Below, in pieces: positions 9,455 through 20,295 of a stretch of 64,000 nt of DNA. The position numbers and the translations under genes were made by a program. Source of the DNA: an uncultured delta proteobacterium (GTDB taxonomy: Bacteria; Desulfobacterota; Binatia; UBA9968); assembly GCA_963811315.1 (NCBI GenBank), contig CAWERH010000013.1:134123-198122 (forward strand), written 5' to 3'. The stretch's first letter is position 1. Each line of letters begins with the position of its first letter. The notes beneath the pieces are model-generated. The model did no database searches, was not told the origin of the DNA, and saw only the letters and a program-made list of their open reading frames with translations.

Positions 9455-10519
9455 TTAGTTATTAACGCCGTCAACCTTTAGGTGATAGAGATCGATCACG
9501 TTGCTGCGCACGACTTTGTCGATGACCGGCTTCGGTAGATGGCCGAGTTCATCGGCGATGACTTGGCGCGAGTGCGGCCAGGTCGAAGCTGCGTGCGGAT
9601 AATCGCTCGACCACATAAAATTATTCTCGCCAAACCAATCCATCATGCGCCCGCCGCGCGGGATCGCTGAAGAAGGTCGCAAAAACTTGGTCTTGTACGT
9701 ATTCGCTCGGCAACTTCTTCATGTACGGCAGCGGTGCTTTGGGGCTGTGGCGCACGAAATATTTGTCCCACTCGTGGCAGTAGAACGGAATCCAGCCCAC
9801 TTCATTTTCCACGTACACGAGTTTTAGTTTCGGATACTTTGCCAACGCGCCGCCGAAGACGAAATCAAATAAGCGTGTTCGCCGCGTCGGCGAGCTTCTG
9901 ATTCACGGTCATACGGTAAGTATCCAAGCCTTTGCGGTCAAACCGGCTGTAGTTGAATCCGGTAAGGATGTGGACGTTGACCGGCATATCGAGTTCCGAC
10001 GCCGCTTCCCAGAACGGATTGTAATAGTCGCTGGTAAACGGCAAATGGTCGGGCGGCACCTGCCAGATCATGCAGCCGATCATGCCCTGTTTCTTGCAGC
10101 GTTCGAGCTCTTTAATGGCGTTCGGGATGTTGTACATCGAGATCATCGGGATGCCGAACAGGCGGCCCGGCGAGGATTGGCAATAATCGATCATCCAATC
10201 GTTGGCGATCTGGAAGCAGGATTCTTGCAGATCGGCGTCTTCCAGCGCGTAGAGCCGAAGGCCATGGGTCGCATACAAAACTTCGGCGCTCACGCCATCG
10301 ACCGCCATTTCATCGAGGCGCGCCTTGGGATCGTGTCCACCCGGTTTCTCACCCGCCGTGTTGCGCGGCGGAAACGTCGGAAATTTGGCCTTTAAGACTC
10401 GGCGTCAGGTTAGCTTCCCAAAGATCTACCGGCTCCATGATATGGGAGTCGGACGAAATAATTTTATCTTTCCCCAGTACTTGCTCCGCGGTACGTTTGA
10501 CCGCAGCGGCTGTGCTCAT
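9455..10519 (-). CDS. Amidohydrolase-2 family protein (ACMSD/LigW-like metal-dependent hydrolase/decarboxylase), at least 3 frameshifts
   Basis: Start ATG 10519 (GGAGG RBS) MSTAAAVKRTAEQVLGKDKIISSDSHIMEPVDLWE; then MAVDGVSAEVLYATHG..., ...AKYPKLKLVYVENEVGWIPFY..., ...MWSSDYPHAAS... in three frames. Confidence 0.7.
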
Positions 10520-10651
10520 AGTTATTTCCTCCCGTGATAATGCTTGATATCTTTAAGCAATATTCTTTTTTTTTAAGTTTGTCTAGGGCAAATTCACTAG
10601 CCCAACGGATTGGACATTGGCGAGCGCATACGTTAGATCTTTTTATCGTCT

Positions 10652-11485
10652 ATGAGCCTGTTTAATCGCCGGTTTTGGCCACATCTGATCGTCTTTTTAC
10701 TGTTGCCCGGCTGGTCGATCGCCGGCGAAGCGCAGAACGCCTTTAACGACGGCATCAAGTTCTACAAAGCCGCAAAGTATAAGGACGCCGTGGGCGCCTT
10801 TAGCCGCGCCATCAAGGCGTCGCCAAAAGCCGACGAGGCTTACAACAATCGCGGCCTGGCCTATTTCAAGCTTGGCCAAACCGACAACGCCGTCAAAGAC
10901 TACGACGAGGCTTTGCGGCTTAACGGTAAATTAACCGACGCTTATTTCAATCGCGGCAATGCTTATTTCGCCCAAAAACAGTACGACCGCGCGCTCAAAG
11001 ACTATGACGAAGTGATCAAAGCCGATCCCAAAATGCCGCGCGCTTACCGTCAGCGCGGCCTCACTCACAATGCGCTGGGCCAGTTCGAAAACGCCGTGGC
11101 GGATTTCAATCAAGCGCAAAAACTCGATCCCAAGGACGCGGAAATTTATTACAGCCGCGGCCTCGCCTACCGCCGCCTCGGTAAGAGCGAGCAGGCCGTG
11201 CAAGACTATTCCGAGGCGATCAAGCTCGATCCGAAAAATACCGAGGCCTTTAACAACCGCGCCAACGCCTATTCGCTGCTCGGCAAATACGACGAGGCCG
11301 TCAAAGACTATGACGCGGCGCTGAAGCTCGACCCCAATAGCGCCAAGATTTACGCCAATCGCGGGGTCATTCGGACGCGCCAGGGAAAGACCGATGAAGC
11401 ACAGAAAGATTTCAGAAAAGCTCTGGAGTTAGATCCTAAGCTTAAAGACAGCGTCGAGCCTTTTCTGACGCCGCAAAAAAAATGA
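10652..11485 (+). CDS. Secreted tetratricopeptide-repeat protein
   Basis: Signal peptide MSLFNRRFWPHLIVFLLLPGWSIAG; about 7 TPR units (AYxNRGxAYxxLGQxDxAxxDYxxAL). Confidence 0.9.
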   Translation: MSLFNRRFWPHLIVFLLLPGWSIAGEAQNAFNDGIKFYKAAKYKDAVGAFSRAIKASPKADEAYNNRGLAYFKLGQTDNAVKDYDEALRLNGKLTDAYFNRGNAYFAQKQYDRALKDYDEVIKADPKMPRAYRQRGLTHNALGQFENAVADFNQAQKLDPKDAEIYYSRGLAYRRLGKSEQAVQDYSEAIKLDPKNTEAFNNRANAYSLLGKYDEAVKDYDAALKLDPNSAKIYANRGVIRTRQGKTDEAQKDFRKALELDPKLKDSVEPFLTPQKK

Positions 11486-12555
11486 ACGCCTGGACGCAAA
11501 GATATTTTTTCACGGCGATCGCCGCCGGACTATTGGCTGTTTCGGCGCCCGTTTGGCCGGCTCAGATAGACGAACCGTTAAAGGCTGCGCTGGAACTGCA
11601 CGACGCCGGCAAAGTCAGAGAGGCATTGGCTGAATACGACAAAGTCATCAAAGCTCACCCGAAGCTCGCCGAAGCCTATTTCAATCGCGGCAACGCCTAC
11701 TACGATCTTGGGCAAAACCAACAAGCCATCAAGGATTATAGCGAAGCGATTCGCTTGAATCCGAAGGACGCCGAAGCCTATTTCAACCGCGCCAACTCTT
11801 ACCGGCGGCTCAAACAGGTGGACGCGGCGTTGAAGGATTATACTGCGGCCATCAAGCTCAACCCGGAAGACGTCCGCAGCTATATGAACCGCGGCACCAT
11901 CCATTTCGACGCTAAACGCTACGAAGCCGCTGTCAAAGACTTCACCGAAGCGATCAGGATCGACCCCAGCGATGCCCAGACCTACTACAACCGCGGCAAT
12001 AGTTATCTGGCTTTGAGCGATGAAGACGCCGCAATCAAAGATTACGATGACGCGTTGGAGCGCGATCCGAAGTTGTCCGAAGCCTACTACAACCGCGGCA
12101 TCGCCTATGTCGACGCGCAAAAATATGAGGCTGCGATCCGCGATTTCGACCAGGTCATCAAGCTCAATGCGAAATCATCCGACGCGTTTTATAATCGCGG
12201 ACTCGCCAAGATGAAGGCCGGCAAGCACGAAGACGCCATCGAAGATTATAGCGAAGCGATGCGCATCAATCCTAAAGACGCCGAAGCGCCGTTCAATCGA
12301 GGTCTCGCCTACCTGCGCATCGACAAGTACGACTACGCCGCGCGCGACTTCAGCGAAGTCATCGGTCTCCAGCCAAAAAATGCCGACGCCTACGTTTACC
12401 GCGGCATCATCCGCATTTATCAAAATAAGGACAAGGAAGCCGACGGCGATTTCCAGCGCGCATTCCAAATCAATCCTGCCCTCAAGAAAAAGCTCCAGCC
12501 GATCATCGACGACGCCAAAGCCAAAGCAAAGACGCAGCAGCTCAAAGAAAAATAA
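11482..12555 (+). CDS. Secreted tetratricopeptide-repeat protein (paralog)
   Basis: ATGA overlap with upstream TPR gene; signal peptide; about 9 TPR units. Confidence 0.9.
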   Translation: MNAWTQRYFFTAIAAGLLAVSAPVWPAQIDEPLKAALELHDAGKVREALAEYDKVIKAHPKLAEAYFNRGNAYYDLGQNQQAIKDYSEAIRLNPKDAEAYFNRANSYRRLKQVDAALKDYTAAIKLNPEDVRSYMNRGTIHFDAKRYEAAVKDFTEAIRIDPSDAQTYYNRGNSYLALSDEDAAIKDYDDALERDPKLSEAYYNRGIAYVDAQKYEAAIRDFDQVIKLNAKSSDAFYNRGLAKMKAGKHEDAIEDYSEAMRINPKDAEAPFNRGLAYLRIDKYDYAARDFSEVIGLQPKNADAYVYRGIIRIYQNKDKEADGDFQRAFQINPALKKKLQPIIDDAKAKAKTQQLKEK

Positions 12556-12606
12556 GTTTATTGAGCCGGATTTTGCGAGTACATAAAACAGCGAGACTGA
12601 TCCATC

Positions 12607-14192
12607 ATGGGTGAAACACGCGTCGACTTGCTGCATCTCTTGGAAGACCTTCGAGACGCCTATCCCGGCGCCCTCGAAGAAACCATTCTCACCGAAGTGA
12701 TGGCCAACGCGCTCGATTCCGGCGCGTCGCTAATTTCGTTCGAAGCCGATCTGGCAGCTCACACGATGACCGTGATCGATAACGGCTCCGGCATGCAGCG
12801 CCGCGAACTGGCGCGGTTTCACGATATTGCGGCGAGCACTAAGACCCGCGGCGAAGGCATCGGTTTTGCCGGTGTCGGCATCAAGCTCGGACTGTTGATT
12901 TGTGAAGAAGTGCTCACCGAAACCCGGCGCGGCAAAAGTCATGTGGCGAGTCCTGGCATATGGCGTCGCGCCATCGCGCGCCGTGGAAGTGGATTGCACC
13001 GTCCGGTCTCGTCGCCGAGCGCGGCACTGCGGTGCGCTTGAAAGTTCGCAACGCGCTCTCGCCGCTGCTCGACGCCGGTTTTCTCGAAGTCACGCTGCGC
13101 CGCCATTTTCAACCCCTGCTGGATTCGACCTTCGATGAGTTCCTTGCCGGACACTATCCAAAAGGCGTCGCGATCATCGTCAATGGCCGGGCTTTGGAGC
13201 GCCGCCAAGCGCCGGCGCGTTTACGCGCGCCCATAGAAATCCGTTTGCTGCGCAAGCGTAAGCCCTCGGCGCTCGGTTATCTCTTCCGCGAAGACAACGC
13301 GCTGGCGGAAGACCACCGTGGGTTGGCGATCAGCACCTATGGGAAAGTTATCCGGCGCGGTTGGGATTGGCTGGGCGTGACGCCGACGGCGGCGGAACGT
13401 ACCGGCGGGCTCATCGAAGTGCCGGAGTTGGCGGCTTGCCTGACACTCAACAAGGGCGACTTCATTCGCACTGGGCCGCGCGGCGCGACCTACTTGGCGT
13501 TTCGTAAAGCAATTCAAGAAGCGGTTGCCAAACAGCTCGCGGCCTGGGGCGATGCCCGGCCCGCGAGCGAGGAAGCGCCGCCCCGCGAAGCGCGCCCGCT
13601 CCAGCGTGATCTCGCCCATCTTCTCGAAGATCTCGCGCTCGACTTTCCTTTGCTCGCGAGCTTGGTCGAACACCATGCCGGCGGGCAAAAACGCTTGTCG
13701 CTCGACGGACGCGGCGATGACGATGCACGTGGTTTTGTCGCGGCGTCGATCGCGGCCCAGACCGAGACCGTTCCGGTACAAAATGAATCGTCAACTCAGC
13801 CGCAGAACGCAGCGCAAAATGCTCAACTCGATCGGAAGGCGCCGAACCAGGCCGCCGAACCGCCCGAGCGAAGCACGGTGTTGCCGAACAACGGGGCGGC
13901 GCGCCGCCCGGCGCACTACGGCCTCGATATTCAATTTGAAGATTTGCCGGAGGCGAGAACTCTAGGTCGCCTGATAGAATCGACGGTTTGGGTCAATCGG
14001 CGGCATCCCGCCTATCGCCGCGCCTTGGCGTCGCGCTCCATCGGTTATCATATCGCCCTCACCGTGGCGATGTCGCTGGCGCCGCTGGCGGTCGAACCGG
14101 CACAACAAAGCGATTTCGTTCTGACGTTTCTCACCCGCTGGGGTGAAGCCATCGACAAACCGGCCGCGCGCAAGGGTGCAAGCCGGCGCTAA
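12607..14192 (+). CDS. GHKL-superfamily (HATPase_c-like, Hsp90/MORC-type) ATP-binding protein, ~530 aa, frame-shifted near 12940-13000
   Basis: N-terminus ...LTEVMANALDSGASLISFEAD...TVIDNGSGMQRREL...GEGIGFAGVGIKLG (Bergerat-fold N, G1, G2 boxes); continues in other frame 12960..14192. Confidence 0.6.
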
Positions 14193-14223
14193 CCCACCCC
14201 GCCAACTCTTACGAACGTCGAGC

Positions 14224-15382
14224 TCAATCCCTAACGACACTGCCGGCGCTGGTGGCGACGAAGGATGCCTTCGCCGGATCGCGGAAAATCCCCTTCGGGT
14301 CTTCGCCCCGTAGTGCAGCTTGAATCGCTTTTTTTAGAATTGCGCGAAACATCAACACGCCCTTGTCGGAACTGACCAGATGCTCGAGACCGTGCAATGC
14401 GATCGGTCCTTGGCCTTCGACGGCTTCTTTATCGTCGGGATGGCGCTGGATGTATTCGTAGCTTGCGTTTTTGCGTCCACCGGGAGCCAGTTGTTCGCGG
14501 CCGGAGAGACGCTTCGGATTCGCCATCGGGGAGCCAGCGAATACTCGCGCCGAGTTGATGAGTATCATCCACCGGCACACAGTAGCTTACGGCGCGCACC
14601 CGCTCGGTTTTCGGCTCATCGGTGTAAACTAGATGGATGTTGAGCGGCATAATCATTTCCCAAATGAGCTCCCACCACTTGCCGTTCTCCAGCCTTCGCT
14701 TGAGCACGAAGCGCATGCCCAAGTCGGTCTCCTCGTATTTCAGCGCGTCGGGGTCGACACCATAGGCCTGGGATGGAAACTGCGCGCCACTGTGGCGCGT
14801 GTGCAACCAAAAGGTATGCAGTGCGTCCATAAGATTTTCTTCGGCCTGGAGCCAATTGCAATTGACCGGCCCGCCGATGCGCGGCCCCATGCGCGCTTTA
14901 AGCGCACCACCATCCTTTTGCCATACGTCATAAATCGGCAGCTCGGGCATTTTGTCGAGCGGCCCCATGTAGGCGAAGACCAAGCCGGCAAACTCGCGCA
15001 CGGGATAACAGGGGTGTTGATATTGTTTCAAATAGGGATTGAGGTCTGGCTCCAGCGGCATCTCTAAGATGTTGCCTTCGACGTCATAGAGCCAACCGTG
15101 ATAGCAGCAGCGCAGTCCGCGCGGTTCGACTCGGCCGTACTCAAGCGAGGTGCCGCGGTGACTGCAACGGGGAAACAGCAGCCCCGGCCTGCCCGCGCCA
15201 TCGCGAAAGGCGATTAAATCCTCACCGAGAATGCGCACCGGTTTCGCCAAGTCCGTGAGATCTGCCGACAAGCACACCGGCTGCCAGTAGCGACGCATCA
15301 ACTCGCCGCATGGTGTGCCTGGACCAACGCGCGTGAGAGAAGTGTCGGGCTCGGGAATTTTTAGCCCATAGGCGCTTTTCAT
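14224..15382 (-). CDS. Rieske [2Fe-2S] aromatic-ring-hydroxylating oxygenase alpha-subunit-like protein, frame-shifted near 14430-14580
   Basis: CSHRG...CCYHGW Rieske ligands; NWLQAEENLMDALHTFWLH catalytic His motif; C-terminal piece in 14224..14580 frame. Confidence 0.7.
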
Positions 15383-15577
15383 GATTTCTCCCTCCGGATT
15401 TCGTATGCGCTTGCAGCGTGCATCGTCGTGCCATCATATGCCAATGCTGAGAAGCGAGTGTCAAGATAAGATTCACGCCGTTGAATCGCCGCGCCAATGT
15501 CACTTGACAGTGTCGAGCGATCCGCACTAACGTCGCGTCAGTTTCGACATGCCTCAGTTGAAATGGGAGGAACTCCG

Positions 15578-16662
15578 ATGGCCAACTCGCTCCGTATTAT
15601 CGATGCCGATGCCCATGTCATCGAAACCGAACGCACCTGGGATTATCTCGATTCTTCGGAACATAAGTATCGGCCCAAGCTCTTTTCCACGCCCGACAAC
15701 GCAACCCGGCAGTATTGGGTGATCGACGATAAGATCGCGGGGTTTCGTTTTCCAACATTGAGCGAGCAAGAGCTTCACGAATTTGCCCAACGCGCCGGCA
15801 GGAACTTCGAAACGCCGCAAGCGGCCCGCGAGCTCGACGACGTCGATCTACGCCTGAAGCACATGGACGAATTGGGCATCGACGTGCAGGTGCTGCACAA
15901 CACTTTTTGGATCGAACGCATCACGACCACGCCCCGATGCCGAAGTCGCTCTTTGCCGCAGCTGGAATCGTTGGTTAGCCGACATCTCCAAGAAAAGTCA
16001 CGGACGGTCTATTCTATTCCTGCGTCGTGCCCGCAATGAACATCGATGCCGCAATCGAGGAGATAAAGTTTGCCAAGGAAAACGGTGGCGCCGCGGTGTG
16101 CATGCGACCGCTGGAAGGCGATCGGCATCTTTCCGATCCCTACTTTTATCCTCTCTACCAGATCGCCAGCGACCTCGATCTGTCTATCGCAGTCCATATC
16201 GCCAACGGCAATCCCGACAACGCCGATCTTTACCGCATGGCGCCGGCGGGACGCTTCGCGCAATTTCGTGTGCCGACGGTTACCGCCTGCTTCGATGTTA
16301 TCATGAGTGAGCTACACGAAAGATTTCCGAAGCTCCGCTGGGGATTCATCGAAGCCTCGGCTCAATGGGTGCCATGGATTTATCGCGAAGCAAAAATTCG
16401 TTACCGGGTCGCTAATCGATCTTTTCCGGAAAACGTTTTCGAGGCTTATAATATTTTCGTTACCTGCCAGGTCAACGACGATGTGCCCTACATCGTGAGC
16501 TGCGCCGGCGAAGACCGCCTGGTGATCGGTACCGACTATGGCCATACCGACCCATCGAGCGCCGTGACTGCATTGAACGAATTTCAACGCATGGAAGGCA
16601 TCGACTCCGCCGTGAAGGAGAAAATTCTTTCACATAATGCCAGGACGCTCTACGGTCTGTAA
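15578..16662 (+). CDS. Amidohydrolase-2 family protein, frame-shifted near 15930-16030
   Basis: MANSLRIIDADAHVIE... (GGGAGG RBS before ATG 15578); C-terminal ...SCAGEDRLVIGTDYGHTD... in 16027..16662 frame. Confidence 0.7.
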
Positions 16663-16777
16663 TCTTGTGCTGTTGGCACATCGTGCCTAGACTAAGTTGG
16701 TTTCGCTCACTACAGCCTACTCAACTCACATGGTATTTTCCTGGTAATACAAGCCAACTAGCGAGGAGGTGTTTGCA

Positions 16778-17903
16778 ATGCGGGTTATCGATGCCGACGG
16801 TCACGTCGAGGAAAATCTCGATACTTTTAGCGACAAGTATCTCGATCCAGCGTTTCGCGCGTTGCGTCCGCGCGTGACGGCGGTGGACGGTCTCGTTTAC
16901 TGGGTCATCGACGAGCAACTTTATCCACGGCGCGTTGGGCCCGGCTGCCATAATCTTGGTACGCCGACAAACTTCAACGGCCAGCTCGCGGCGCACACCC
17001 AAGGCAAAACCGATAGCATCGGCAGCATGGAACTGAGCGATCTCACCGCCCGCCTCACGGCAATGGACGAGGAAGACATCGCCATTCAGGTGATCTATAC
17101 CACGCTGTTTCTGGCCTATCCGTTAACGAAGAACGTCGGCCTCGGCAGCGCGATCACGACATCCTACAACCGCTGGATGGGCGACCGCCTTTCCGGCCAC
17201 CCGCGCATCAAATGGTCGGCGGTGGTCAATCTGGACGACGTCGCCGCGGCGGTCGGACAAGTGCACGAAGCCAAGAAACTCGGCGCGGTGTCGGTCATGG
17301 TGCTCGGAACCGCCGGCGACGACATGCTCGATCATCCCAGGCTCTTTCCTTTTTACCAGGCGCTGTGTGAAGAAAATCTCGCGCTCGGCGTCCATGTCGG
17401 CTGGTCCTGTCCGTCGATCAATAATCTCTACTCGCACATCTACCCGTCCGGCGTCATCGCGTTTCACGTGCCGCTGCTCATGGCTTTCACCGCGTTGATC
17501 AGCGGCGGAGTGTTGGATCGCTTCCCGGATCTTCGTCATCGTTTTTCTCGAAGCCGGTTGCCAATGGGTGCCGTTCATTCTCGAACGCGTGCATCACCGC
17601 TACAAAAACCAGGGTTCGACGTTGAGGAAGTTTTTGCCCCAGACCGCGCCGATTCAGAAACTGCCGGTGATGGAATACATCAAACGCGGCAATATCTTTT
17701 TCAGCACCGAAGTCGAAGACGAAATTTTGCCCAATGTGCTCAAGCTCGCCGGTGAGGGCCAGGTCATTTTCGGCAGCGATATGCCGCACGGCGACCGCGA
17801 GCGTTGCGCCGCGCGCATGCTCCAAGAGCGCACGGATATCAGCGAGTCGGCAAAAGCGAGTATTCTCGATACGAATCCTGCGCGGCTTTACGGCATTGCA
17901 TAA
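16778..17903 (+). CDS. Amidohydrolase-2 family protein, frame-shifted near 17550
   Basis: MRVIDADGHVEENLD... (GGAGG RBS, ATG 16778); C-terminus ...QVIFGSDMPHGD... in 17568..17903 frame. Confidence 0.7.
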
Positions 17904-18101
17904 GCGAGACCCGCGCTTCGCAGCTTCCATGCGCTACTGAATCAACCGCAGAGGCAAGACGCGAGTTCGTCATGCCGGTGAAAACCGGCATCCAGGTCCC
18001 CGTTCCGGTGGACGTCAAAGACGCCTGGATTCGGCTTCCGCCGGAATGACGAATGAGCTCGAAACTCAGCACTTTGGACCGAATCGTCCGCTTTATGCGA
18101 C

Positions 18102-19189
18102 GCCGTAAAGATGGCGGGCGTTTTCGCATAAGATCTTTTCGACGATATGAGGCGGCACGTCTTCCCGGGCGCGCAGGTTCTTGACGAACTCCGGTTCCTT
18201 CGACGGATCATTATGACCGTAATCCGAGCCGATGACGATGATGATCCTCGCCGATATAGGTGAGCAGATGCGGCAATTCTTCGTCGGCCTCGCAGGCGAT
18301 CCAGAACCGATAGTCGCGAAACAAATCCTGCGGATTCTTATTCTTTAAATCCGCGCGCACCGACCGCCGCAGCACGTGAAAGATGTAGGGCACCCAGCTC
18401 GCGGCCGCTTCGATGAAGCCGAAACGGAGCTTGGGAAACTGCTCGGGAATACGATTGGCGACCAGATCCCGGAATGCGATCACCGGCAGAACGCGATTGT
18501 GGGCAAAGGTGTGATTGCGCTCGACGTCGAACGGCTGCATCAGGTAGCGGCTCCCCGAACCGGTATGGATGCAGATCGTTAAATCGAGCTTTTCGGCCAA
18601 GCGCGTAGATCGGCAAGAAATACGGGTTGTCCAGAGTCAGATTGCCTTCCATGCCGCGAAAGAAACACTCCCACCGCGCCCTGCTCTTTCGCCCATTTCA
18701 TTTCCACCAACGAGGCCTCTATATCCCGCAGCGGCAAGATCGCGACCCATTTGAGCCGCTCCGCCGCCTTGGCGCAGGCATCGGCGATGAAGCGGTTATA
18801 GGCGCGGCACAGGGCGGTCTCGAGCTTCGGATCGTCGGTGAGATAGACCAGAAACAGCGTCGGATAGATCACCTGAATCTCCACACCGAGCTTGTCCATG
18901 TCTTTTAATCGCGCTAACGGATCGGTCAGTTCCCGCACGCCGAGATGAATATCGCCCCGCCCCGATTCTTTTTTTGCGCCGATGGCGTGATCAAGCTGTA
19001 ACTCGCCTTCCCCGCCGGCTTGGGAAAAATTTCGCCGTCGATGAGCCAAAACGCATTGCGCTCTTTGTACCAGGTGTCGTCGGGGATCTTGGCCAGCACC
19101 GGACGGCGCGGATACATTTCTTTGTCGATATAGCTCCACATCGCTTCCGATTCGGCGATGTGCGTGTCCGCGTCTAAAACTCCGGGCAT
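18102..19189 (-). CDS. Amidohydrolase-2 family protein, at least 3 frameshifts
   Basis: MPGVLDADTHIAESE... start ATG 19189; pieces in 18926..19204, 18579..19139, 18211..18600 and a final ...IIVIGSDYGHNDPS...LYGVA* ending TAA 18102-18104. Confidence 0.65.
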
Positions 19190-19207
19190 GATTTCGATCC
19201 TCAAACT

Positions 19208-19243
19208 CCGTTCAAGCAGTTCAAATCGTTCAAGCCGTTCAAA
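19208..19243. repeat. Tandem 9-bp repeat x4 (CCGTTCAAG CAGTTCAAA TCGTTCAAG CCGTTCAAA)
   Basis: Directly visible; lies in 5' region of amidohydrolase gene (start 19189, minus) just downstream of SBP gene stop (19277). Confidence 0.8.
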
Positions 19244-19276
19244 CCGTCGGAAGGAACGGCCATAGTTCGCGATCGG

Positions 19277-20272
19277 TTAGCGCTTAAACTTGTCGATGAA
19301 ACCGCTCTTCTTGATTTCGTCGAGGACGCTCGAGTCCAGGAGTCGCAGACTTTCGGGCGTCTGACCTTTGGCTTTCGGGGTGGTGGCCGCCACCTGAGAC
19401 AGAATAAACTCCAAGCCCTTGCGGTCCGGCATCACCATCACGTCGCTGCCGTGTTTCGCCAGATAATACTCGTAGCTGATGTTGGCGTCTTCGCCGTCGA
19501 CACGAATATATTTCTTGATGAGCTGCAGGCCCAGCGCCTTATCGTTCTTGACCGCGAAATAGCCTTCGATGATCGCCTTCATGGCGTTGACGATCTTGCC
19601 GCGGTTCGCCTCCAAGTAACTGCGCCGGACAATGAAACAGTTCTGCGGAAACGGCACGCCGCTCTCCGCCAGGTCGATCAATGAATTCATCTTGTGCTCG
19701 CGGATGCCCATGGTCGTAAGGGGCTCGGCCAAAAGCGTGGCATGAATCGTGCCGTTCATCAGCGCGGCATAACGGGTCATATTGCCGCCGACCTGGACAA
19801 TGGTCACGTCTTTTGGGTTCAGCCCGAGTTTTTCCAACGCCACTTGCGTCGCGTAGTCCGATGCCGAGCCGAAGCGGCTGATCGCGATGCGTCTGCCCTT
19901 CAAATCTTCCGGGCGTTTGATCTCGGGACGAACAAGAAGCTTATTGGGGATAAAATTCATGCCGCCGGCGATAATCGTCGTATCCGCGCCTTGAAGATTC
20001 GCCGTGATCGCCAGCGCACCGGTGGTGAACACGATCTGCAGCTCGTTCGCCAGCAAGGCCTGCATCGCCGGCGTGCCGCTTTCCAGCGCTAGATATTCGC
20101 CATCGAGTCCGTACTTTTGAAAGATCTTTCTCTCGTAGGCCGCCCAAACGACGGCATGAACCGCCGTCGAAAATCCGCCGCTGGCGACGCGAAATTTTTC
20201 CTGCGCGGCGGTTCGATCCACGTTGGCCGCTAACAAGCTCACCGCAACCAACAGACAGCAAAATAGTTTCAA
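19277..20272 (-). CDS. NMT1/THI5-like ABC-type periplasmic substrate-binding protein
   Basis: Signal peptide MKLFCCLLVAVSLLAANVDRTAA; SsuA/NMT1-like fold sequence, 331 aa. Confidence 0.85.
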   Translation of the reverse strand: MKLFCCLLVAVSLLAANVDRTAAQEKFRVASGGFSTAVHAVVWAAYERKIFQKYGLDGEYLALESGTPAMQALLANELQIVFTTGALAITANLQGADTTIIAGGMNFIPNKLLVRPEIKRPEDLKGRRIAISRFGSASDYATQVALEKLGLNPKDVTIVQVGGNMTRYAALMNGTIHATLLAEPLTTMGIREHKMNSLIDLAESGVPFPQNCFIVRRSYLEANRGKIVNAMKAIIEGYFAVKNDKALGLQLIKKYIRVDGEDANISYEYYLAKHGSDVMVMPDRKGLEFILSQVAATTPKAKGQTPESLRLLDSSVLDEIKKSGFIDKFKR

Positions 20273-20295
20273 GCTTCCTCCGATGCCATTGCCCG

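Noticed and set aside
11578-12120. 180-aa minus-strand ORF
   Set aside because: Antisense within TPR gene.
13221-13781. 186-aa minus-strand ORF
   Set aside because: Antisense within GHKL ATPase gene; Arg-rich shadow ORF.
19208-19243. CRISPR array
   Set aside because: Only four 9-bp units with no spacers. No cas genes and no longer repeat-spacer structure anywhere in the window.
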